DNA of 63,847 bases, the filler included. It is 8 parts of 8 records of this genome, joined end to end, with 100 filler letters (N's around TTAATTAATTAA, not from the genome) between each part and the next. Parts side by side here need not be neighbours in the genome. Positions count along the whole stretch, not along the records: positions 51,225 to 58,672 come from SRR31147125_4773; positions 58,773 to 63,847 come from SRR31147125_4857; 6 more parts are not named here. One strand, given 5' to 3'. A program made the position numbers and the translations under genes. Of this stretch, positions 53,583-62,046 are shown in pieces. The notes below the pieces were generated by a model. It worked only from the letters and a program-made list of their open reading frames with translations, did not search any database and was not told where the DNA came from. Numbering within the stretch: position 1 is the stretch's first letter; every line of letters begins with the position of its first letter.

Positions 53583-54956
53583 CTACGAATTTTCCCAATC
53601 ATATATCATTCTAGATATAATCCCTTTGTTTTCTTCAAGGCTACTTATAGCTTTCAATGCTTCTTTTTCCTTAGAAGTAATCATATGGTCAAGATATGCA
53701 TCATAATCACCTTCAAACCTTAAAATAGGTTCTTCACAGCTTATAATTTGCTCAATCTCTTCTTCATCAAACATCCCTATATCAATATACTCTTTGATTG
53801 AACCTCCGCTAAGCACATCGTGTACAAAACTGCTGTAAGAACAGCTTCCACGTATGTTCTTTTCAGCATTTGTCGCTATTTCATATGACTCAAAGAATAT
53901 CCAGTCTGAATGTATAAAGCCAATTCGGACTCTTGTAGAGTAGCTATCTAAAAATGGAACAACATTAATATTTTTGCTTATTTTTTCTACACCTTTATAG
54001 TATACGGAATAACTCTTTTCCACTTTATCGTAGCTTACAACACATTTCTTTAAAATTTCATTGTTTTGCTCAACAAGGTATAAAATTTCATATACTATAT
54101 CATATTGTTGAGGATGTTCATCCTCAATATATTCATTTGCTACCTCAATTATTTTCTCATAATCATAGCTTTTTAAACTGTCTCTAATCAGCTGTCTTCG
54201 CTCATCATCTTCTAGAAAATTTCCGTAACTTTGTATTTCTCCTGACAATGAAGATATATCCAGCAAAGTCGTTTCAGGGTATATCAAAAATACTAATATG
54301 TCATTATTCCAGCTTAATTCACACGTTATATTATCATATGAGACTTTTGTTGTTTCACCTTTTGGAAAATTCCTTACTTCTAAATACATACCAAATAATT
54401 CAACATTCTTTCTGCTTACTCCCAAAAAATCAAGTACATCATTAAATTGTTTTAACGCTTCCGCTTTCACATTATCTTCGGAATCATCTTTAAACACCAT
54501 CACAATACCCGATACCTTATTCACATCTTTAGATGAATAAACAAAAGTCTTTTCATAAGACAAATTGTATCCTTGTGCTACCCAGTTAACATAGTAATCA
54601 TCATAATTATATTCCGATATATTTTCAAGCACTTCATTATCTTCTCCATATAATAAAGATAATATATCTACATACTCATAGTCAAACTCACCGCTTTTTA
54701 ATACTTTCTTATTTGTAGGACCAGGGTCTTCAGTAGGCTCTGGTGTTGGCTCCTCTGTAGGTTTAGGTGTTGGCTCCTCTGTCGGCTCTGGTGTTGGTGT
54801 TTCCACTACTGTAGGTATAGATGTGTGTTTCAAATTCACCTCATCATCAAATCTATCTATGGCATAATACACAAGCCAGCCTATCCCTATAGTCATGGCC
54901 AGTGTACATATTATAACAACTACTACAAATATCTTATTTTTAATTGAAGTCCCCAT
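53583..54956 (-). CDS. Cassette gene D: TM-anchored surface protein with PTPEPTEE linker
   Basis: ATG 54956 after GGGAGAGAG RBS; N-terminal TM like gene E; (TPEPTEEP)x3 stalk. Confidence 0.75.
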   Translation of the reverse strand: MGTSIKNKIFVVVVIICTLAMTIGIGWLVYYAIDRFDDEVNLKHTSIPTVVETPTPEPTEEPTPKPTEEPTPEPTEDPGPTNKKVLKSGEFDYEYVDILSLLYGEDNEVLENISEYNYDDYYVNWVAQGYNLSYEKTFVYSSKDVNKVSGIVMVFKDDSEDNVKAEALKQFNDVLDFLGVSRKNVELFGMYLEVRNFPKGETTKVSYDNITCELSWNNDILVFLIYPETTLLDISSLSGEIQSYGNFLEDDERRQLIRDSLKSYDYEKIIEVANEYIEDEHPQQYDIVYEILYLVEQNNEILKKCVVSYDKVEKSYSVYYKGVEKISKNINVVPFLDSYSTRVRIGFIHSDWIFFESYEIATNAEKNIRGSCSYSSFVHDVLSGGSIKEYIDIGMFDEEEIEQIISCEEPILRFEGDYDAYLDHMITSKEKEALKAISSLEENKGIISRMIYDWENS

Positions 54957-54989
54957 ACTCTCTCCCAAAAGAAAAACTTATATAGGGGA

Positions 54990-55018
54990 ATTTTAACACT
55001 TATTTATAGCAATGTCCA
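54990..55018 (-). promoter_or_regulatory. Cassette promoter for gene D
   Basis: TGGACA-17 bp-(TGT)TAAAAT; leader nearly identical to that of gene A. Confidence 0.65.
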
Positions 55019-55022
55019 CAAT

Positions 55023-55058
55023 AAAAGAACCGTCCTAAGTCACTAGTCCAGTTCTTTT
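55023..55058. repeat. 36-bp cassette site, copy 3
   Basis: AAAAGAACCGTCCTA-AGTCAC-TAGTCCAGTTCTTTT. Confidence 0.9.
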
Positions 55059-55624
55059 TATTGAATTTGTATCTGCCATTTGGTAGATTTTCTTACCACT
55101 CCCATCAGGAATGCTTATACTTTGGATTCATGTATTTTCTACCGTAAAAGCAAAAATATTTCACTACTATGTCGTCTTTTTTCTTTACCTCTTTCCTCTT
55201 CTTTTTCATCCATAAGGGATGTCCTAGATTGTTTTATAGAACAATCCAGGACACCCCTACTGTTATTTATTTGAGCTGTGTAAATTAAGGCAACACTTTG
55301 CGATGGCTTTATTTTCTATAAATCCTACGCTTTTAAACGATAATTTAATGAAAATATTGCGAAAGCAAAGTGTGCCTAAGATGTCGGTATGCTCTCTTTA
55401 GTCGGTTTTGTTAAATGTTTGCTATTTAATTTTAAATATTATTATAATATATTTGTCATTTATTTACAATATTACCATGTCGAATACCGTGAAAATATTA
55501 CCATATTATACAAAATGGATATTTAACTATACATTATTGTTTATAGTATAGAAAAAGCACATCTACCAATGTGCTCTTATCTTACATACCCTATTTCCAA
55601 TATAATACTTAGCCTAAAATTATA

Positions 55625-57355
55625 TTAATCTCCATCCAATGCTTTCCCATCAAAAACAAGCCCATTTTCTATTATAATTTTTTCCCCTTCTTCACTAACT
55701 ACAAATTCAAGGTAATCTTTTGCGGCTTCATTTAGGTTTTCTTCATGATAAACATAATAGCACGGCTGATAAATAGGATAGCTGCCATCTAAAATGTTAT
55801 TATCATCAGGTGCATATCCATTTATGGACAGCGTTTTAAAATCATCGCTTAATTCACTAAATCGCAAATAGCATATACAATACTCATTACTTTCTATTAT
55901 CGAAACAATATCATTTAATTCTATTATGGCTTCTGCTGAAAAATTGTTCCTTATATAATCATCGTCTATCTCATCTTCAAATCCTAATAAATTATAAAAC
56001 ATTTTTCTCTCTATTTCATAATCATAGTAGACTAGTTTAATAGGCTTGTTATCACCGCCAACCTGTTTCCAGTTGGTTATTTCCCCTGTAAAAATCCCTT
56101 TCAGCTCATCAAATGCCAAGTTATCCACCTTGTTTTTAGCATTCACAACCACAGCCATAGGATAGCACCCAATACGCATCTGACTCAGACCGTATTCCTC
56201 CTCTTGCTCAGTCAACTCTCTGTATGTAGCACCGAGCTGTGTTTTCCCACTATGCGCATTCAAAATACCTGTAGATGATTCTCCAAATACTAAATGTCCC
56301 CGATATTGTAGATCTTTTTCGTTATATCCATCAATAATTGCCCTGCTTACCCATGACACTCCGTTTCTGCCTGAAATGGTAAACACTTTATTAGATAATG
56401 ACATTTCTGTTTCTTCTATTTGGCTATCATTAATATCCTCTGCTGAATAATTTGGAGTCAAACCTTTTTCAGCAATTTTTATTTTAGCATCATAACTTTC
56501 AATATAATCAATATAATCTCTTGCAGCTTGGTTTAAGCTTTCCTCATAATAAACATAATAGCATGGGCTAGCGATAGGATAATCCTTCGAGAAAATATTT
56601 CCTGTAGTAGGTAAATATCCATTAACAGCAATTGTTTTAACGCCGCCATCAGTATATTTACGTGATGTATACCCAATAGAGTATAGGTTCCATGCAATAC
56701 TAGCAGGAGCACCGCCGCTTCCTTCTGCCACTCTAAAATCTAGTGAAGAATCATTTTCCAAAGAGTTAAAATCTATCTCTTCGCATCCCAGAACATCTAA
56801 AAACAATCCTCTGGTACTTGAACCATCTTCTCTATTAAAAACAGTAATAGGCTCATCAGGTCCGCCCACTTCACTCCAATTACTAATCTCCCCAGTATAA
56901 ATTCCCCTTAGCTGCTCCATTGTCAGAGTATTCACAGTTACATAAGGGTGTACAAATACTGATACAGAATTATAACCGACTAAGGTTTGATTAAGCCCAT
57001 ATTCCTTCTCATCATCCTTAAGTTCTCTGCTTACTGCCCCAATATTGTATTCTCCATCTATAACATTCTTAATACCTAGCTCATTACCTACTCCCCAATA
57101 TTCCCCTTCATATTGCGGGTTCAAACCCATAAATTCATCCAGCGTAGCTATGCCAACCTTTTCCATAGCTGTTGAACCAGAAATTGAAAACATCCTTTCC
57201 TCTTCAGGCAATTCAATTGTTGTTGAAGTCGGTATCGCAGTTTCTGTTGGTCTAGGCGTATCTGCATTTATTTTCTCTGTAATCTGTACTTCTTCCACCT
57301 GTGTACAGCCAGTCACAAAAAGTATAGCTGCAACCAATATTAATATTCTTTTCAT
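55625..57355 (-). CDS. Cassette gene C: lipoprotein with two PstS-like (PBP2) domains
   Basis: Lipobox FVTGC; two repeats of 'SG...', 'SREL...E', 'L.GI.TGEI.NW..VGG.D.PI', 'YPI..P.Y'. Confidence 0.8.
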   Translation of the reverse strand: MKRILILVAAILFVTGCTQVEEVQITEKINADTPRPTETAIPTSTTIELPEEERMFSISGSTAMEKVGIATLDEFMGLNPQYEGEYWGVGNELGIKNVIDGEYNIGAVSRELKDDEKEYGLNQTLVGYNSVSVFVHPYVTVNTLTMEQLRGIYTGEISNWSEVGGPDEPITVFNREDGSSTRGLFLDVLGCEEIDFNSLENDSSLDFRVAEGSGGAPASIAWNLYSIGYTSRKYTDGGVKTIAVNGYLPTTGNIFSKDYPIASPCYYVYYEESLNQAARDYIDYIESYDAKIKIAEKGLTPNYSAEDINDSQIEETEMSLSNKVFTISGRNGVSWVSRAIIDGYNEKDLQYRGHLVFGESSTGILNAHSGKTQLGATYRELTEQEEEYGLSQMRIGCYPMAVVVNAKNKVDNLAFDELKGIFTGEITNWKQVGGDNKPIKLVYYDYEIERKMFYNLLGFEDEIDDDYIRNNFSAEAIIELNDIVSIIESNEYCICYLRFSELSDDFKTLSINGYAPDDNNILDGSYPIYQPCYYVYHEENLNEAAKDYLEFVVSEEGEKIIIENGLVFDGKALDGD

Positions 57356-57467
57356 AACAATACCTCAACCCTTTTATATACAATTTTATCATTTCTATTG
57401 TATTTGTTGTTAAGGTCAGGTTAAATATCATCACTTTATTGGTATAACAATAAATCTATTAAATCAA

Positions 57468-57503
57468 AAAAGAACCGTCCTATGTTACTAGTCCAGTTCT
57501 TTT
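57468..57503. repeat. 36-bp cassette site, copy 4
   Basis: AAAAGAACCGTCCTA-TGTTAC-TAGTCCAGTTCTTTT. Confidence 0.9.
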
Positions 57504-57589
57504 TATTTATTTTGTATCTGCCATTTGGTTGATATACTTAGCATCCCCTTAAGAGAGTGCTTATTTAATGTAAATTAAATTATCATATC

Positions 57590-58012
57590 TTATTCATACT
57601 TGCTTAATAATCGTTTTAGTATTTTGTTTACTTTTGCTATGTCTAAATCTGTAGTATTATCGAAATCTCCGTCATCGAGCAAAGAGTTTCCTTCAAACAT
57701 AATCACAAAAGTTCCTGACTCGGTAAATGAAATTTTATATATTCCGGTTCCCGTTGCACCAAATCCGTTTTTTGCAGAAATAGTAACATAAAAGCTTGTG
57801 TCTTCAGTGTCAAGTTCTCCGCTAACCATTCTTACCGAACTAGGATCTTTAAATTCAAGTGCAGCTTCGCTTAATAGCTTGGCAGCTAGTTTTTCATCTG
57901 CGTTACTAACCAAACTTACAATTACTACAACCGCACAAATGATAACAGCGACAACAATCCCTAGTATAATCATCTGTTTCTTTTGAAATCCTTTAGTTTT
58001 TTGCTCTTCCAT
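57590..58012 (-). CDS. Cassette gene B: small TM-anchored protein of 'KDPSS...AKNGFG' type
   Basis: GGAGG RBS; N-terminal TM; 'EFKDPSSVR', 'SAKNGFGA'; promoter TAGACA-17-TAATAT at 58047-58075. Confidence 0.75.
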   Translation of the reverse strand: MEEQKTKGFQKKQMIILGIVVAVIICAVVVIVSLVSNADEKLAAKLLSEAALEFKDPSSVRMVSGELDTEDTSFYVTISAKNGFGATGTGIYKISFTESGTFVIMFEGNSLLDDGDFDNTTDLDIAKVNKILKRLLSKYE

Positions 58013-58205
58013 ATCATTCCTCCATAATTATTATTAATATATAACAATATTAACACATATTCGGAACAATGTCTATAACAATATGAACTTTTATCCGTTT
58101 ATTTTTTCTATTGTTTGTGTAAATGAATATATGTACGTGCTTATATCATGTCTCCACTCTAGGGGAGATGTCGAAATACATTCTTATTTGGAGCAATGTA
58201 CATAA

Positions 58206-58241
58206 AAAAGAACCGTCCTAAATTACTAGTCCAGTTCTTTC
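58206..58241. repeat. 36-bp cassette site, copy 5
   Basis: AAAAGAACCGTCCTA-AATTAC-TAGTCCAGTTCTTTC. Confidence 0.9.
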
Positions 58242-58258
58242 TATTGATAATGTGTTTA

Positions 58259-58672
58259 TTAGTTGTTAAAGTTTACATTTTCTTTATAACTCAAGTAAAA
58301 CACCTGTACAGTAGTAAATTTCCCATCCTTCTTCATTATAACATCAAACTTGCCTATAGTCTGCGTCTCATCACTGTATTCATAATTAGCAAGTGTAAAA
58401 CCTAACATACCCACTTCAAAACTAGACTGAATCCGTATTATAGTTAACGACTGATTAGCTGATCCAGTCTCTCCAAGAAAAGCAGCACTGCTTATATAGT
58501 CCTCGTTTATCCACAAAACTATTGTGCAAGTTTCTTTCCCATCAACTTCCCAAGTACACTGTAACACATCTGGCTCGGTTTCTACAAACTCATATTCACG
58601 CACAGAGTGTTCATCCTCATCACCTACCATTATAATAAGCATCTCATCAAACCGCTCAATAAACATATCATA
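58259..58672 (-). CDS. Cassette gene A, 3' part
   Basis: Begins YDMFIERFDE, identical to the end of the 51225-52159 ORF. Confidence 0.7.
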   Translation of the reverse strand, partial: YDMFIERFDEMLIIMVGDEDEHSVREYEFVETEPDVLQCTWEVDGKETCTIVLWINEDYISSAAFLGETGSANQSLTIIRIQSSFEVGMLGFTLANYEYSDETQTIGKFDVIMKKDGKFTTVQVFYLSYKENVNFNN

Positions 58673-58825
58673 NNNNNNNNNNNNNNNNNNNNNNNNNNNN
58701 NNNNNNNNNNNNNNNNTTAATTAATTAANNNNNNNNNNNNNNNNNNNNNNNNNNNNNNNNNNNNNNNNNNNNAAAAAACAACATGATATAATATGAATTA
58801 AAATAAATAATGGAAAGTAGAAGTT

Positions 58826-60189
58826 ATGACAGAAAGATTTAAATCATTAAGCCCGCCGCAGATTCTTGTTCTTGGGTTTTTATCGTTTATATTGATTGGA
58901 ACGTTTCTTTTAAGCTTGCCTTTTGCAAGCCAAAACGGCAAAAGCATAGGGTTTATAGATGCGCTTTTTACATCTACATCGGCTGTGTGTGTAACGGGGC
59001 TTGTGGTTTTGGACACAGGGACTCATTTTTCTTTATTTGGACAAATGATAATAATTACGTTAATCCAATGTGGTGGATTAGGGTTTATGACGATGGCGTC
59101 ACTTATATTTTTGCTTATAGGAAAAAGAATAACATTAAAAGAACGTATACTTTTAAAGGAAGCATTAAATGAGCTTTCTATATCAAGTGTAGTTAAGCTT
59201 GTAAAAAGGGTAATACTTGTAACGTTTGCAATCGAACTTGTTGGTGCTTTATTTTTATCAATAAGGTTTATCCTCAGTTCGGGTTTGGAAAAGGCTTGTA
59301 TTTTTCAATTTTCCATTCAATTTCTGCCTTTTGTAATGCAGGATTTGACTTAATGGGAGGCTTTTCTAGCTTTGTTGCATACGTTGATGATGCACTGGTA
59401 AATATAATATTTATTGTTTTGATAACCCTTGGGGGAATTGGATTTGTAGTTATGACAGATGTTTATACCAAGTTTAAAAAGTGGCAGACGCATAGGTTAA
59501 GACTACATACAAAGATTGTGCTAATATCATCAGCCAGCTTAATTTTGTTGGGGCTTGTCCTATATTTCCCTTTAGAGCTAAATAATACGGCTACACTTGG
59601 CGGTTTAAATACAAAAGGTAAAATATGGGGTGGGATATTTCAGGCTGTAACACCAAGAACAGCTGGTTTTTCTACTATAGATCAAAACAATTTAACGCCT
59701 GCTTCTAAATTTTTGACCATGATGCTTATGTATATTGGGGCGTCGCCTGCTGGTACTGGTGGTGGTGTTAAAACAACGACTGCATTTGTGATAATACTTT
59801 TGATGTCAAGCGTTATAAGAGGCCGAGATGATGTTGTGTTTATGAAACGAAGAATAGAGCTAGGAACAGTGCTTAGGGCCGTTGCGCTTTTCTTTGGAGG
59901 CATAATTCTTGTCATTATAGTTGCACTCCTACTGCTTATGATAGAATGTGACTCGGCGCCTATAATGACATTTGAAAATATATTGTACGAATCATTCTCT
60001 GCTTTTGGAACGGTTGGACTTGGAACAGGGATAACACCGCTTTTACAGCCGTTAAGTAGAATAGTGTTGATACTTGCTATGTTTGCAGGAAGAGTAGGGC
60101 TTATGACGGTTATGTATGCTATTGCATCTAGAATGCAAAAATATCAAGCTAGGATACGATATACTCAAGAAAACGTTATGATTGGATAA
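58826..60189 (+). CDS. ktrB: Ktr/Trk potassium uptake membrane subunit (1-bp frameshift near 59270)
   Basis: 'FTSTSAVCVTGL', 'SAFCNAGF', 'RTAGF', 'SAFGTVGL'; two ORFs join at ...IRF(IPQF)... Confidence 0.9.
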
Positions 60190-60260
60190 TTGTCATATTA
60201 TATTTTTAGATGAGTAGAAATTTATACCTATAGATAAACAACGAAAGGAACTAAAGTAAA

Positions 60261-60929
60261 TTGAAAAAGCAATTTGTAGTAATAGGATTAGGAAGATTTG
60301 GGTCTAGCATAGCTATGACATTAGCACAGGCAGGTAACGATGTTTTGTGTGTCGATAGAAATGCTCAGAATGTAGAAGATATTGCACCTTTTGTAACCCA
60401 TGCTGTTCAAGCAGATGCAACAGACGAAAAATCATTAAAAGCTATTGGGGTGAATAATTTTGATGTAGCAGTTATAGCTATGGGAGAGGATATGCAGTCT
60501 AGTATACTTATTACTCTTTTGTGTAAAGAGCTGGGTGTGCCGCATGTTTTGGTAAAAGCTAAAAGTGATAATCATGCTAAGGTGCTTGAAAAAATAGGTG
60601 CGGATAAGATTGTTTTTCCTGAAAGAGATATGGGCATTAAGGTAGCGCACAACCTATCTTCTGAAAATATATTGGACTTTATTGAAGTTTCGCCAGATTA
60701 CAGCATGATGGAAGTTGATTCTATTGAACGTTGGGAAGGTAAAAACCTTATTGATATAAAGTTTAGACAAAACTTTAATCTAAATATTATCGCTCTTAAA
60801 AATGAAAATAGAGATATTATAATAAACCCTGCTCCAACTAGCGTGATCGAAAAAGATGATGCTTTGGTTGTTGTTGGATTAAATACAGATATTAAAAAAC
60901 TGTTGGATTTTATATCGAAGAATAAATAG
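60261..60929 (+). CDS. ktrA: Ktr/Trk regulatory RCK subunit
   Basis: 'VIGLGRFG.S.A..L', 'GAD.IVFPE.DMG'. Confidence 0.93.
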   Translation: MKKQFVVIGLGRFGSSIAMTLAQAGNDVLCVDRNAQNVEDIAPFVTHAVQADATDEKSLKAIGVNNFDVAVIAMGEDMQSSILITLLCKELGVPHVLVKAKSDNHAKVLEKIGADKIVFPERDMGIKVAHNLSSENILDFIEVSPDYSMMEVDSIERWEGKNLIDIKFRQNFNLNIIALKNENRDIIINPAPTSVIEKDDALVVVGLNTDIKKLLDFISKNK

Positions 60930-61059
60930 TTAAACAAAAAGCATAATAAAAGCAACAAAAAAAACATCCTAAACTAAGGATGTTTTTAAAATCTATATCA
61001 AAGCTTTAAGCTTTTTTATCATATAAGGGTTAAACCCTTTGCACTTAACTTGGGTATCT

Positions 61060-61293
61060 TTATGATCTTACCAAGTAGTTAAGCAAAAGATTTAAATCTT
61101 CTGGTTCAGATACGATTAGCTCAATTTCGCCAATTCTAGCATCTTGAAACATTTGTGTCAATGCGATGTACTGACATAGTGTTGATTTAAGATTTAGTCT
61201 GTCACCTTCTGATGTAACAAGTTCAACATTACCTTTACATTGCTCTAAAACCTCGAAAAATTTCTTAGGTTCGCTGATGTTTTTAATCTTCAT
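61060..61293 (-). CDS. Small conserved clostridial protein (HPr-like fold suspected)
   Basis: AAGGAGG RBS; 'FF.V..CKG.VELV..EGDRLNLKS.L.QY'. Confidence 0.7.
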   Translation of the reverse strand: MKIKNISEPKKFFEVLEQCKGNVELVTSEGDRLNLKSTLCQYIALTQMFQDARIGEIELIVSEPEDLNLLLNYLVRS

Positions 61294-61471
61294 ATTTTTC
61301 TCCTCCTTAAAAAATTAAAACTTCCTTTACATGTAAATAATATAATGTGAACGACAAAAAGTCAATACAATACGTGAAATTTTTGACAATTGTTTATAAT
61401 TTATTAATATTTCTTTTCGAAAAAAATACATTAGCTTAACAAAATGTCAAAGCTTAAGCAGAAACGATTGA

Positions 61472-61546
61472 AATATTAATATAATTAATGTTGATATTAA
61501 TTATATTAATATTATTCTTGACATTATCAATACAATGAGCTAATAT
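61472..61546 (+). promoter_or_regulatory. Sigma-A promoter preceded by an 18-bp perfect AT-only inverted repeat
   Basis: AATATTAATATAATTAAT-GTTGAT-ATTAATTATATTAATATT (61472-61513); TTGACA(61518)-17-TAATAT(61541). Confidence 0.6.
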
Positions 61547-61629
61547 TATAATATAAATTAACAAATAAATGATTTGATCAAATTTTGTATGGTTGATTTT
61601 TGATAATTTGATAAGAAAGGATACGTCAT

Positions 61630-62004
61630 ATGAAGCTAAAGACACCGACACAATGCCCTGTTTGTGGTGGCTCTTATGAAACTACAGTTCTTACTTGTAG
61701 AAAATGCAAGTCTCAGCTTAGTGGTCATTTTTCTGGCTGTGAGTTTTGTAAGCTTTCTTCCGAAAACGCAAAGTTTCTTTTGACATTTGTAAAATGCAGA
61801 GGAAGTATTAAGGACGTAGAAAAGGAACTTGGTATATCTTACCCTACAGTTCGGGGGAAGTTGGATAATTTAATAAAAAGTTTAGGGCTTGACGATGAAA
61901 AGAACAGACAAGAGATAAAACAAAACAGACAGGAGATTTTTGACAAGCTTAGTAGTGGTGAGATTGATGCAGATAAGGCTGCAGAGCTTTTAAAGAACAC
62001 TTAG
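61630..62004 (+). CDS. DUF2089 family Zn-ribbon/HTH protein
   Basis: 'CPVCG...L.C..C', 'F.K.RGSIK.VEKELGISYPTVR.KLD'. Confidence 0.88.
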   Translation: MKLKTPTQCPVCGGSYETTVLTCRKCKSQLSGHFSGCEFCKLSSENAKFLLTFVKCRGSIKDVEKELGISYPTVRGKLDNLIKSLGLDDEKNRQEIKQNRQEIFDKLSSGEIDADKAAELLKNT

Positions 62005-62046
62005 AGTAAAATCAGTAAATTAATAAGAAAGGATATGATTTGACTT

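Larger units (their letters stand above)
51225..58672 (-). mobile_element. Apparently circular 7,419-bp array of five repeat-delimited single-gene cassettes (no Rep or recombinase)
   Basis: 29-bp terminal direct repeat rejoining a gene in frame; five 36-bp sites, each followed by one minus-strand ORF. Confidence 0.55.

Noticed and set aside
54720-54805. 24-bp tandem repeats in gene D
   Set aside because: They encode an ordinary PTPEPTEE linker.
55080-55274. 64-aa + strand ORF, or short minus-strand ORFs, as a Rep or recombinase for the circle
   Set aside because: Too short, no catalytic motifs, no convincing RBS, and they overlap the hairpin structures.
52226-58241. 36-bp repeats read as a CRISPR array
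   Set aside because: The intervals are 0.7-2.4 kb whole genes, the repeat centres vary, and no cas genes are present.
52226-58241. Canonical integron attC sites
   Set aside because: Shorter than typical attC, the ends are AAAGAAC/GTTCTTT rather than RYYYAAC/GTTRRRY, and no intI is seen; kept only as an analogy.
6982-58772. Recurrent TTAATTAATTAA and gene neighbourhoods across N runs
   Set aside because: Artificial concatenation spacers; adjacent contigs come from different organisms, so cross-spacer synteny means nothing.
59260-59353. Split ktrB
   Set aside because: One missing C (ATCC vs ATCCC) restores a normal protein; likely consensus error.
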